From NCBI RefSeq assembly GCF_006345805.1, contig NC_043000.1:107508001-107572000 (forward strand): DNA of 64,000 bases, in the 5' to 3' direction. The position numbers were made by a program, and so were the translations under genes. Of this stretch, positions 49,795-63,580 are shown piece by piece (the first letter of the stretch is position 1; every line of letters begins with the position of its first letter). Source of the stretch: Octopus sinensis. Taxonomy: Eukaryota. Below the pieces are notes generated by a model. The model worked only from the letters and a program-made list of their open reading frames with translations. It did no database searches and was not told where the DNA came from.

Positions 49795-50405
49795 TCCTTT
49801 CAATTCTAGGCACCAGATTCGAAATTTTGGGAGAGGGGCCTAGCAATTTACATCGATTTCACAGCTCAACTGGTAAATATTTCATCGATTCCGGAAGATT
49901 GAGAGGCAAAGTTGACCTTGGCGGAATTTGAACTCAGAATGTAGAATCAGAAGACATGCCGTCAAGCAGTTTTCCGGTACGGTAACAGTTCTGTAAACGG
50001 TAACACCAGTAATAACATTGGTTCCAAATTTTGACTCAAAGCCAGTAATTTTGGGGAGAGGGGCAACAAGATTACATCGACCTCAGTGGTCGACCACGAA
50101 AGGATGAATAGCAGAGTCGACCTCGGTGGAATTTGAACTTAGATCGCAAAGACGGACGAAATGTCGCGAAGCATTTTACCCGGTGGTGTTAACGATTCTG
50201 CCAGCTCACTGACTTAAATTTGACACACGGCCAGCAATTTCGGCGAAGGAGAGAAGTCGATTACCTCGACCCCAGAACTCAACTGGTACTTACTTTATCG
50301 ACCCCGATAGAGGAAAGGCAAAGTTGGCCACGACAGAATTTGAATTCAGAACGTAAAGACGGAATAAATGATGCTAGCTATTTTACTCGGCGTGTTACCG
50401 ATTCT
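49795..50405 (-). mobile_element. Three consecutive decayed SINE family D copies
   Basis: Copies at about 49795-49990, 50025-50210 and 50218-50405, each with the aaagt(t/c)gacctcggcggaatttgaact core. Confidence 0.8.
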
Positions 50406-50780
50406 TATCAATAGTAACAATATTGATAGTAAGAATAGCAAAGACATTGCTAGCATTTCTACCATAAACCAAGTTCAGGGAAGCTAGTGGTCAGATAATT
50501 ATCAATTTTTTTATGGTATCAGCTGCACCCAGTCTGGTTTCAAGCTGACATGGAGAGTGCTGATGAAATTTTCCGTAGTTCGTAGTTAATTATTTAACCA
50601 CTCGATGTCCACCCACCAATTCATCATGTAGAATTTTAACTGAACCTTACCACAAACAGTGAACCTTGATGAAGGAAGTATTATTCGATGGAGTTGAACA
50701 TGGACTGTTCATGCAGCCCCTTAATATATTCTGAAACAGCTATAGCTTTTAAATCACTTTCATTTTTCATGATTTTAATT

Positions 50781-51153
50781 GGATCTTTTCGGTTTGAACG
50801 GCAGTTTTTAACATAATTTCTAGTTAACTAAAAAATTTAAAACTTCGTATACTGGTAGAATGTGTTTATAAAACATCTTTTTCTCTTGGCTTTATTGAGA
50901 AAATTCTATAGCTTGTAAGATATTTGTTGTTTTTTTCTTCAATTTCTGAAATTTACTCTATTGGGGTGAAAACATTCTGTGCCGTATGAATATGTACCTC
51001 GTTTAAAAAACAGATTGGGTTTATTTACATTTCTGAAGAAAAAAAGATACCCTCCCCCCACCCCTAACCCTAAAACAGATTGAAATGCAATAGATCGATA
51101 CTAGGGTCATATGACACCGCTAGTAAAAACTGCCGGTCAAACCGAAAAGATCC
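50781..51153. mobile_element. MITE with 30-bp TIRs and an 8-bp TSD, Merlin-like
   Basis: ggatcttttcggtttgaacggcagttttta / taaaaactgccggtcaaaccgaaaagatcc, with ttttaatt at 50773-50780 and 51154-51161. GG-starting TIR plus 8-bp TSD suggests Merlin. Confidence 0.82.
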
Positions 51154-51481
51154 TTTTAATTTACTTTTACCTTTATGACATCTCGTATTATGAAACTCTA
51201 TTTATTCACCTTCGAATACATGTATATACATACATATGCACGGTTTTTCATGTTATTATATATTAGTTCATCTACATTTTATATCCTATTATTTCCATTA
51301 TATGTCTTATTTTTTATTTTTTTTTATTTTCTTACTATTATTTGAAATTTTAATATAAACATGTATCCCATCACTGGTAAGCACGATTTCGTTTCCTGGA
51401 TGTAAATTACCGATAACTGAAATTTTTATATTCTTCCAAAAACTTTTATATAGGTATATATATATACATAATTACATACAG

Positions 51482-51623
<142 letters not shown>

Positions 51624-51741
51624 GTTGAAATTTATAGAAAAACAAAAGAAAAAAGTGTATTGGATTAACGCTGGGAAAATGTAAAAGTCTTTTACGTTTG
51701 GAACCTACGCTCTTCAACAGGAAGGGATAAGAGAAGATAAC

Positions 51742-51800
<59 letters not shown>

Positions 51801-51930
51801 AAAAAAAGTGTAGATTTCAGCAGTCCAGCATGGCTACTATATACATATATATGTTATATACATACACACACACACCACACACACACACACACACATTCAT
51901 ACATACATACATATATTCATACATTACATA

Positions 51931-51967
<37 letters not shown>

Positions 51968-52224
51968 ATATTATATATTATATATAATATATAGAAAATT
52001 GTAAAAAGTGAAAAACACAGAAGGCTTGTTTTAAAGGTTAAAAAATAATATTTGAGTCAATATTCTGAAGAATGTTATAACTTTTTTCACTTTTTACTAT
52101 TTTCTATATATTCAACCACGTGCTTTCACAAACCAACTTTCTCACCTATATATTATATATATATAATTAATATATATGTATATAATATATATAATATATG
52201 ATATATATATATATATATGTATAT

Positions 52225-52272
<48 letters not shown>

Positions 52273-52772
52273 CATATGTATACACACACACCACACACAC
52301 ACACATATATATATATACAAATAATTTATAAATATTAACATAAGGGGTCAGCTAATTGCTTCAGCACATACAGAATTTAGAAATAGGAGTTTAAAAATTC
52401 ATTTTCTACTACCAAAAGTATCTCCCAGACAGTAACACACTTTTTTACGTAATCAAAAAGAAAAATAACGAATCAATACGTCTCCCATTCGGTATGTGGT
52501 GAAGCAATCAGCTGACTCCTAATTATAATTATGTTTATAATTATAAATTATTTGTATAACTTTACCTAAAAAAGTTATTTTAACGTACCGATCTACTTGG
52601 TAAAATTATAAACTAATTGATTGATTGATTAATTAATTTAATTAATTAATTTTACCCTTTTATTATTAATTTGAATATATATATATACATACATATATAT
52701 TTGCATATTTACATATACACATTTATAAATATAGATTATATATATATATAATATATATATATATAATATATA

Positions 52773-52823
<51 letters not shown>

Positions 52824-53044
52824 AATATATATATATATATGTAAATATATATATCTATATATATATATTATATATATATATAAAACTATTTTGTTTTGCT
52901 ACCTTGGTAACTATTTATCTATTTTTTCCGTGTGAATTGTTAACAAGGGAAAAATACACACACACACATATATAATATATATATTACATAGATGTATATA
53001 TATACAGTATATATCTTACCATCTATCTATATATATATATAACT

Positions 53045-54423
53045 TAGAATAACTTAGAAAGGTTTTGGCCAGTATTGGCCCAGGCCATGTCTAACTTAAT
53101 AGCACCACCTGGCGAAGTCTTGCAATTCAGGATTTGGGCACCGAGGCCCATTCGAGCAGAGAGTTATTGTTTGCAGAGACATATCCGGGTGTGGGTGGTT
53201 TGTCCGGGACTGTTTGAAAGAATTTGTCCAAAGATTTCTTGAATTTTGTGTGGTCAGGTTCTGTTTTGACGCGTCCTGGTGTAATGTTGAAGAGAGCGGG
53301 TCCAATTGAGGTGAAATAATTGTGCCGTATTGTCGTTATGTGATGCGATTTAGATTTTTGTTGTGGACGGATGGCACGTGGTCCAAGCCTTGGATGTATT
53401 TTGAAGGTGATGCCAACATCATTCGGACAGTGCTGATGGAATATTTTCCACATCATACAGATATGTAGCGTTACGGCCCCGTCGCTGGAGTGAATACAGT
53501 TTCAGCTTCTCTAGTCTACCCCAGTAGTCAAGGTCTGACATGCCATCTATCTTTTTTGTGATTAACCTTTGGGGAGCTTCAATTCTCATAATATTTTGTT
53601 TTGTGTAGGGAGACCACAGTGGACAACAGTATTCAAGGTGGGGTCGGACAAAAGTTGAGAAGAGAAGGATAATAGTGTGGGAATCTCTCGACTGGAAGGT
53701 TCTGCGAATCCAGGAACACATTCTGCGGGCCATGTCAACTTTGCTGCTTATATGTGTAGCCCAGCTTATGTTGTTGTCCACTGTTACTCCCAAGTCTCTG
53801 ATGTTGTTGGACGCCATGAGAATTTCTCCAGAAGGAAGGGAGTATGGGAGTTTCAGAGCGTCCTCCCTTCCAAAGTGGATCAGTTCGAATTTGTCTTCGT
53901 TTAGCAACATGTTGTTCTTTTCCGCCCATTGGACAACAGCCAGTAGGTCTGACTGAAGGCTTATTCGGTCATCCACGCCATTGATGACCTTCTGGAGCTT
54001 GGAATCATCAGCGAAGGTTCTGATGTTACTGTGTTTGATGGTGTCAGTAATATCATTTATGTAGATGATGAAGAGAAGTGGGCCCAACACAGTGCTTTGT
54101 GGGACACCACTGCTGACTTTGGCTGGGCTGGATTTGACTCCTTCGACTACAACATGTTGGGTTCTGTTAGACAGGAAGCACTTGATCCACTGCAGCAGCT
54201 TTCCAGTGACACCAATATTGGACAGCTTTCTCAAAAGGATCTTATGATCAACCCTGTCAAAGGCCTTGCTGAAATCAAGGTAGATGACATCAGTGTTGGA
54301 ACCTTCTCCCAAGGCTCTCAAAATGTCATCAAAATGATGCAGTAGCTGCGTCAGGCAATCTCTTCCATTACGGAATCCGTTCTGGTTGGAGTTCAGCATA
54401 TTATGACTCTTAAGGAAGTGAGT
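53045..54423 (-). mobile_element. CR1-group LINE (second family), 5'-truncated RT
   Basis: QNGFRNGRDCLTQL, YLDFSKAFDRVDH, GVPQSTVLGPLLF, FADD, VRPHLEYC, LYSLQRR; frameshift near 53470; (TTCTAAG)-type tail. Confidence 0.95.
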
Positions 54424-54575
54424 CATACGTGGAACAAATATACTATTATTGGACGCTCAGGAAGGAAGGGAAGAAGGAAGACTTTATGTTTCGAGCGAAG
54501 CTCTTCGTCAGAAACATAGGAAAAGGAAAGATCCAGAGAAGGGAAGACGGAGGAAAAAAATCGCCAACGGTACAT
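54424..54575 (-). mobile_element. PLE pLTR-like fragment with a degenerate minimal HHR (54483-54515)
   Basis: CTGACGA-a-gagc-ttc-gctc-GAAAC-ataa; same family as 46245-46470. Confidence 0.7.
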
Positions 54576-54594
54576 ATATATATATATCTACACG

Positions 54595-54677
<83 letters not shown>

Positions 54678-54959
54678 GTGTGTGTGTGTGTGTCAGCGAC
54701 GAGAGAGTCAGGGAGGAAGAGTGAGAGGAGAGAGAGAGAGGTAACGGTGAAAGGAAGAGAAGAGTAGGGAAAGGGGGGAGAGAAAAACAGAAAGGAAGAA
54801 GAACAAGAGAGGGCGATAGATAGACAGGGAAGAGATAGAAAGATAGAAGAGTGCGCATCTTTATATACATATACATGTATGTAGGTATACGTATGTATAT
54901 ATGTATATAATTTTAATTGGGAGTATAACTCCAAACTTGCAAAGAAAGCTTCAATGTAG

Positions 54960-55225
54960 TATTAAATCAAATTTCACAATGTAAATATATAAAATATAAA
55001 TTACAGATAAAACCACAATTATGCAACTCAGTGATAGACATAAACCAAAACATAAATAACAAATAAAATATATCTTTTTAAAACATATTCAAAAAGTATA
55101 AAAATGAATGATCAATATATATTAAGTAAGAAAAACTACGTACGTTTCATGGCTACAAGTAAATTCGAATTACAATTAAGCTTAAATTCAATTGAAATAC
55201 ATTATAGTCAATATTCAGGTTAACT
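54960..55225 (-). mobile_element. pLTR-like repeat with a degenerate HHR (55132-55223)
   Basis: aac-CTGAATA-ttgacta...tagccat-GAAA-C-gtac-GTA-gtt; homologous to 6545-6770. Confidence 0.6.
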
Positions 55226-55297
55226 ATAATAGTTAAATAAATGCGCAAATAGAATTAAACAATATTTATTTAAAATATAAATAAAATAATAAAATGA

Positions 55298-55762
55298 TAA
55301 AATAAGTTAGCGGGTCGCCAAACGTGATCGATAATAGAATAAGCGTTTTGCTAAACGTGATCGATAAAATGACGTAACGGTTCGCCAAACGGGATCGAAA
55401 AAAGACGGGTTCGCCAAACGGGCTCGCCAAAAGACCTCGATAAAATAACTTAGCGGTTCGCCAAACATGATCTATAAAAAACTTAGCGTTTCGCCAAACG
55501 TGATCGATAAAATAACCTAGCGGTTCGCCAAACTGGATCGATAATAGAATAAGCGATTTGGCAAACGTGATCGTTAAAATAACTTAGGGGTTCGCCAAAG
55601 GATATCGATAAAATATCTTAGCGGTTCGCCAAATGTTATCGATAAAATAGCTTAGCGTTTCGTCAAAGGAGATCGACAAAATAACTTAGCGGTTCGCCAA
55701 ACGTGTTCGATAAAATAATTTAGCGGTTCGCCAAAGGAGATCGATAAAATAACTTAGCGGTT
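55298..55762. repeat. Approximately 34-bp minisatellite, about 13-14 diverged units
   Basis: Unit ataaaataacttagcggttcgccaaacgtgatcg. Confidence 0.93.
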
Positions 55763-55809
55763 CTCTCGTACTCTCCCTCGCTTTCTCTTACTCTCTACTT
55801 TTATCTATC

Positions 55810-56375
55810 TATCTATCTCTCTGCCATGTATAAAATTTTAGATTTCCGCGCCTTAAATTACAAGCCCGCTTCCACTTTACTACGTTGAAAATTGGATTGA
55901 AATCGGGCAAAAAGTGTCCAATCTAGACCCCCCCCCCCAAGTGTCCCTAAAAAACAATGAAATCCCCGTTTTCACACCAAAGCAACCACTGTAGCGCCCC
56001 AAAACGTCTCCCTACCAATTTCTCACTTCATGTTACCCCCTTATATTTTAATCCCCTTCCAGCCCCATTTAGACCTCTTTTTACATAAAAATCCAATTTG
56101 TATCAACGTTTGCCTTCTTCATTTTATAGATTAGACAGATATACCCGGCCTTGCTCGGGATTAAAATGGTTTATTTATTGTTTTACGTGTTTCGGTATTA
56201 TAACCCGATTTCATTCGGGTCTACGCGGGCCACATTTTAAAAGATGAGGAATTTTTCCCTACAGGCCATGCCTTTCAATTGAGCAAACTCAAAGTCGCCA
56301 TGCAAGCTCGCTAGCACTTTTAACATAGGTGTGCATATTTTCAGCTCAATCCGACCACATATGGACACATGATAT
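55810..56375 (-). mobile_element. Two abutting Helitron-like segments
   Basis: Hairpin cccg/cggg (56144-56159), then CTAA (56131-56134), immediately followed by TC (56130-56129) tataaaatgaagaagg on the minus strand. Confidence 0.6.
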
Positions 56376-56587
56376 ATATATATATACATACACACATTAA
56401 ATATGTACATATATACGCATTATATATACAAGTCTACCCACACATACATATATATATATACACACACATATAAATATATACACTTTATATATATACACAT
56501 ACATATATGTATAACATTATGTATACACATTATGTATACACATTATGTATATACATTATATATATATTTGTACACACATACACACGC

Positions 56588-56651
<64 letters not shown>

Positions 56652-56699
56652 AATATATATATATATATCTGTTACGATTGTGCGGGCGATAATAATTCA

Positions 56700-57120
56700 C
56701 CGCTATAAAAGACCTGTAGCGAGAAATTTAACTTTTGCGGAAGTAGAGGCGATCCAACGTCACTACACTAAGAAGATAGATTCAGTAAAACACATGGGCT
56801 ACTGAGAGAGGTTGAAAGAACTGGGACTCTACGCCCCGGAGAGGAGACGTGAGAGATATGCAAAGCTTTACATATGGAAAATAATGGAGGGTCTAGCTCC
56901 AAATTTCGGAATCAAATTCTACAACAATCACCGACTTGGAGGGTACTTCAGAGTACCAAAGGTCCTATCATCGAGGATACGAACCGTGGATGTACCCAGA
57001 TCGCGACAAGAAGTACAAAGAAGAGCGGCAACGTCCAACTCACTTCTTCACCAGAAGCAATACTGGAAAAATCCCCGGATGCAGTAAAGGCTGTGCACCA
57101 GCATGGCCTCAGGCTCTGGT
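56700..57120 (+). mobile_element. 3' fragment of a CR1-group LINE (same family as 21366-24357), internally deleted
   Basis: EAIQRHYTKKI..Y*ERLKELGLYAPERRRERYAKLYIWKIMEGLAPNF..SRQEV..SNSLLHQ; tail gtgcaccagcatggcctcagg. Confidence 0.88.
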
Positions 57121-57145
57121 TATATATATATACATATATATATAT

Positions 57146-57217
<72 letters not shown>

Positions 57218-57229
57218 CAAGTTAGCCTT

Positions 57230-57960
57230 GATATTAACTCTCACGCGACTCTGCATCTTTCTTTCTTTCTCTCCCATTCCCTTTTTCGTCTTTTTTCCCT
57301 CACTTAACTTGTCTCTTCCTCTCTCTCTCATTCTTCATTCTCTCTCTCCCCTCACCGTTCTTCATGGTCTCCTCGCACCATTCCCCTTCTTCTCTCTTCT
57401 TCCTCTGCTCCTCTCCCCCCATTCCCGTCGTCCATCTGCGACGATACTTCCGTCGTAACTGCTATCCTGTCTTTTCTCGCCCGCCTTCTAAGGCTACTGG
57501 TCGACATTCTTTCTCTCTCGTCGTCCACTATAATCCAGCGTTGCAATACTTTTTTCGTCTGGCGTAAACAGCGCTTCTTATCTTGTTCTCCTTGTCCTGT
57601 CTCTCACTGTTATATATTATTTTTCGACTGTTTATATATATATTTTTTACTGTTTATATGTTTGTACTGTCGTTACCGTCTTGCTTTTCTTACCCCTCTG
57701 CGAAAAGATCTCAGAATTTTAATTGATTGGCTTTTCGCAGGAAGGAGTTTCTTCGAAGTATACGTCTCGCTTTTATCCTTCGAAACGTAGAGTAGATGAA
57801 ACCTTAGCGACGATGAAGAAGGGGATTTCCGTTGTGCTTATTGTCCTGTATCTCTCTTTTTTTGCTTGTCTTGTTCCTTGGTTTGTGTCTATGTTTTTCG
57901 TCTCTCTATGTGTCCGACGTTTTGGTGTCCTGTACACATATATGCGTGTATATGTTAATG
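57230..57960 (+). mobile_element. Non-coding pyrimidine-rich repeat with a degenerate HHR (57732-57792)
   Basis: gaagga...tccttcGAAACGTAgag, then gatgaagaagggg...tgtcctgtacacatatatgc, as in 28620-28800. Confidence 0.55.
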
Positions 57961-58027
57961 TAGAGGTAGGTACGTACATATATGTTTATATATATGCATA
58001 TTTCTATTTTATTAACATTATATATAT

Positions 58028-58088
<61 letters not shown>

Positions 58089-58125
58089 TATATATTACAC
58101 ATATAATATATGTATGTATATAATA

Positions 58126-58225
<100 letters not shown>

Positions 58226-58276
58226 CTATTATATATAATATATATATATATATATAATATATATATTATATATATA

Positions 58277-58448
58277 TATAATCAAAATAAACAACAAGTA
58301 TATCCAAGGTAGAGTAGTAACAATTGTTTAAAGCCACGTGGCTGAAGATTGCTCGACATTTTAAAACTGATGTAATACTTAAAATGAAGTAGCACGAAAC
58401 AATTGTACTACTCTACCTTGGATATACTTGTTGCTTATTTTGATTATA
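58277..58448. repeat. Fold-back element (52-bp arms) with an HHR in the loop
   Basis: 58277-58329 is the reverse complement of 58397-58448 (1 mismatch, 1 indel). Confidence 0.92.
58338..58412 (+). ncRNA. Type I hammerhead ribozyme, one mismatch at the base of stem II (cleavage after A58407)
   Basis: gtgg-CTGAAGA-ttgct..cattttaa..ttaaaatg..agcac-GAAA-C-aatt-GTA-ctac with palindromic ACAATTGT. Confidence 0.72.
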
Positions 58449-58554
58449 ATCACACCATTTGATTTATATGGATAATACCATACAAAAATTCTGGTGCCTT
58501 TGACTTAAGTACCATATTCATCTGAATCTAAATTTTGCTGAAATTTTGCTGAAC

Positions 58555-58591
<37 letters not shown>

Positions 58592-58831
58592 CATGCAGAT
58601 GTATATACAGAGTGAGAGAGAGTGAGAGAGAAAGTAACAGAGAGAGAGATTAGGGGGGTCATTGAAAGTACAGTAAAGTTATGTTTTTACCTCCGGCGTA
58701 GTGGTAAAGGAACAAAGTCTCCAAACAAAAGCAAATGTGGTATAGTTTAGCATCCCTCAGGTTGTGTATATGTGTGTATATCTGCATACATGAAGACGCA
58801 CACATACACGGCTGTATTTATAACTATATTC

Positions 58832-58846
58832 ATATCTATCTATCTG

Positions 58847-58892
<46 letters not shown>

Positions 58893-58903
58893 AATCTATC
58901 TAC

Positions 58904-58959
<56 letters not shown>

Positions 58960-59008
58960 ATTATCTATCTATCTATCTATCTATCTACCAATCTACCTAC
59001 CTACCTAC

Positions 59009-59051
<43 letters not shown>

Positions 59052-59068
59052 CCAATCTACCTACCTAC

Positions 59069-59145
<77 letters not shown>

Positions 59146-59150
59146 GCTAT
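58832..59150. repeat. (TATC)n array (others at 59731-59870 and 60031-60173)
   Basis: Direct. Confidence 0.98.
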
Positions 59151-59731
59151 CTATCTACTATCTACACACACAAATATACATACACTAAAGAAAAAGGCAG
59201 ATGGAATTTCAACTTACAGTAACAATAAGAAGTGATGTCAAACAATTTTACAGAAATTAATTATGGATTTAGGACAAATTCAAAATAAAATTTTAGGTTT
59301 TTTCTTACAAATCTATTGAAAGAAATATACAGAAACGCGTACATAACAAAACATAAATTCTTTGAAAGCCTGAATTTAGGCCAATTAGATTCATATATGG
59401 AATGGAAACGCATCAATTATTTCTTTTTTCTCTCACTGTCTCTTCGTTCTTCAGAGTTTCAGAGTTTCTGAAAGTCAGTCTAATTACATTTAATTAACTA
59501 AAAAAAAAAAAAATACGTAGGGCTGTGGAGGAGTGTATCAATCTTTGTGTCATCTAATTGCACCTTATTTTAATTATCACTTGTTAATTTTGTTTCTCCA
59601 TACAATATATTTCTATTATTGTTTAGGTTACATTGTTGATTTAAAGATAATTTATGTTTCATTTTTTCTGTTTATGGGTATGGAATGATATATTAGTGTT
59701 TCTTTTGAGAAAGAAGTTTTATGTGCTTGTA

Positions 59732-59861
<130 letters not shown>

Positions 59862-59879
59862 TCTATCTATCCATATATA

Positions 59880-60352
<473 letters not shown>

Positions 60353-60377
60353 TATATATATACATAGACATATACAT

Positions 60378-60477
60378 NNNNNNNNNNNNNNNNNNNNNNN
60401 NNNNNNNNNNNNNNNNNNNNNNNNNNNNNNNNNNNNNNNNNNNNNNNNNNNNNNNNNNNNNNNNNNNNNNNNNNNNN
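60378..60477. other. Assembly gap (100 N)
   Basis: Run of N; the round size suggests an unsized scaffold join. Confidence 0.99.
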
Positions 60478-60559
60478 AGAGAGAGAGAGAGAGAGAGAGA
60501 CGATGTTGTTCCTTGTTATATGTTTGAATGTTTATTCCATGAATCGGGAGCTTTATATG

Positions 60560-60870
60560 AAAGCAAGAGCAACTTGTAAAGTTCATATATTTGATGCAAT
60601 CTTTTTTTGTGCCACATCGGCAAAAGTAAATCATCAAAGTTGGTTAGCCACGTATAGATTTTGAAGACCAACTGCACACCACATACAATCAAGTGAAAAA
60701 CTATGGAGAAATCCATGCCTTATGTAAATGGATCTAAGAAATGCAAATTATGTGTTGCTGAAGAATCGCATATTTCTTTTTAGATCCAAAAATTCCTCCA
60801 CACACTGAATTCAAGATCTGAAATTTGCAGTCAATGCAAGCTTATCGACAAATTTCCTTTGGCGAACTGG
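60560..60870 (+). pseudogene. Decayed Naiad-type GIY-YIG endonuclease C-terminus
   Basis: VSHV*ILKTNCTPHTIK*KTMEKSMPYVNGSKKCKLCVAEE..LNSRSEICSQCK..KFPL, the same motif series as 25497-25760. Confidence 0.75.
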
Positions 60871-62483
60871 ATGATGTCACCCTCTACGGAGTAGCTGTCT
60901 CGCAGATTTTGAACCACTTTCTGTGTAATTGTGGTACGACAACTAGTTTAATTAAGACTTCTATGGTCGAAGGGGACGTAACTAATTTTCTTTTCTTTCT
61001 CCGTTTTACTTCACTCGTCTTATTCTACTTTTTACCATGAGCCTTCTCGTTTTTTTCTCATGGTTCTCATGTACCAGCGTTCTGATTTTCAAATAGTACT
61101 AACCATATAATCATAGCATTCAGATTGCTTGGAGACACAAGGCATGTTATAAAAATTTGCCTAACCATGTGTCGTAGTGAGTCGGTATAAAAGAAAATTA
61201 GTAGTAGATCTTGGGTGCCCAACAGAAAATTTATACTCTCGTTTTATTTCTAGGATTGGTAGAATTGAGGGAAGGTAGCCTAAATGTTTCAGATGCATCA
61301 AAGGCTTTTGTAAGCTTACATTTGTACAGTGTTTAAGTGAAGGAAAGGTAAGTCACTTCTTGGTCAGACACGTTTGTATTGTAGTGTGCCTTCTCAGAAG
61401 CGAATGTAAATCTTAAAATTGGCAATGGAGTGTATTGTTTAAATAAGTGAATCACATGGATACCTCAATGCCTATGAGCAGGTGAATCTTATGATGTATC
61501 ATATACACTGACCAATGTTCCCTTGAAGTTAAATTATATTTGAACATTACTCAGTTGTCAGAGAGATAACGGACGAAGATTTTTAAGAGCCAAAGTTGGG
61601 TGAAGATAATACATACATACGTATATAAATACATAAGCGAGCTCGCGCCCGCACACACCTGTATACACACATACATACATACACACATACATACATACAT
61701 ACATACATACATACATGCATGCATACATACATACATACATACATACATACATACATACATACATACATACAGGCAGACAGACAGACATACTAACTGCCCC
61801 TTAGGCACTGATGTAGTTTGCTATGTGCAGGAAGGATTGCATTGACGTATACATCAGAGACATGTCAGAACCAGCATATATCTTCACCTTTAAAAAGGAA
61901 TTCTAGCGGAACACTCCAATAAAAACAGTAATTCGGAGCAAACATAACGGACTTGGCATTGTTCTTTGGTATAGAGAACAAAAGTCTTGCATCGTTGTAT
62001 ATATTAACCGCCCCGTCGATGTGAAGTTGAGTAAAAAAAAGAACATTTATGGTGAATTAATGCGGAACTTACAGTTCTTGTACTCTGTCTATAATCTTTT
62101 TTTATGGTTATTTCTACAGATATTCTGTAGAAATTATAGCCAGCACTAATTTTTGCTACGTTTCGTATCAGTGCTAGCTATAATTTCTATAAAACATCGG
62201 TAGACACTCTTAGAAAAACAATGTAAAAAGCATTGCTAAAGCAGTAGAACGTGATATTGACTTATAAACTCATTTAATATACTTTATAGTATATTATGAT
62301 TGCATAACGAAATGTCACGTACGTAGAAATCATTAGTCTGACTATAAATCCCCATTTTTACGTATTATCATAGATGTATTTGGCTAAGTATCAACTAAGT
62401 TATACAAAGGCTTAGATATACTTGGCTTTTCCGAGAAACTTCAAAATAGACTGGCGCGGTTAATCTATTAGCGGCACAATGAA

Positions 62484-62931
62484 GATTTGTAAGACAGCTC
62501 AAGACACCAAGTCAACCACATATTCACAAACACAGAGAACTCTCTTAACTCTAGAAGTATTGTAGCTTTGTTAGCAAGCGGCTTGAATTCTCTTAAGAAG
62601 AACTTAAAAAAAACTCAAAGAAGAAACAAATCATACATACATACATACATACATACATACATACATACATACATACATACATACATACATACATGATGAT
62701 TGTCAGCTCGATTTGTAAGACAGCTCAAGACACCAAGTCAACCACATATTCACAAACACAGAGAACTCTCTTAACTCTAGAAGTCTTGTAGCTTTGTTAG
62801 CAAGCGGCTTGAATTCTCTTAAGAAGAACTTAAAAAAAACTCAAAGAAGAAACAAATCATACATACATACATACATACATACATACATACATACATACAT
62901 ACATACATACATACATGATGATTGTCAGCTC
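62484..62931. repeat. Near-perfect tandem duplication (226 + 222 bp)
   Basis: Units start at 62484 and 62710. I see one substitution (agtattg/agtcttg) and one (CATA) unit difference. Confidence 0.95.
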
Positions 62932-63503
62932 GTAGACGAGTATAACAATCTTTGACAAATTATTTTATCCGAGATGTTGAAAGAAAATGGCTGTTAGCAA
63001 TGAACGTGCTGAAATCTTAAATCAATAACAGCTTGTAAAGGACCGTATAAACTCTCACCTAGAACACCAAGTAGTTTAGAAACAATTAAGATCGCAATGG
63101 GTTGAGTATTATTTCAGAATTTTCTTCTGCTAGACAATGGGTTTCTCACTCACAGTTGTTGGATGGTCGTGAACTTTATTGATTTTACACTTTGACAGGT
63201 TTTGTTTATCATCCTGCAAAGTATCCAACGAAACCACCCTCATCCCTTATCGAGCTCACTTTGTAGTATTTAGTAACCGACGGCCCGATTATGCGAAAGG
63301 TTGCATTGGATTATATGTTACCAGTATCACTAAGAATGACCTGATATTTAAAGCTAAATTTCACCATACAGTCAGTCGCCCGCTGACACTCGTTGATGCT
63401 ACATCGAAGAGGCCAGGGAACAGAAGAAAGAAGACATGCACTCAACACCAGAGCTGGAACATTTGCCTCGGTAGAGGAGTAGGGGCCGAAACCGGACGTG
63501 GTC

Positions 63504-63580
63504 CCTCCTGATGATGTCTTGAGCTAACTGGATCCTATAAAGGAGCTGTTGTGGTAGCAGACCACGAAACACGGTTGAAA
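63504..63580 (+). ncRNA. Degenerate hammerhead-like motif
   Basis: CTGATGA(63508)-tgtct..gcta...tagc-agaccac-GAAA(63566)-C-acg-GTT; stem II bulged and stem I weak. Confidence 0.4.
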
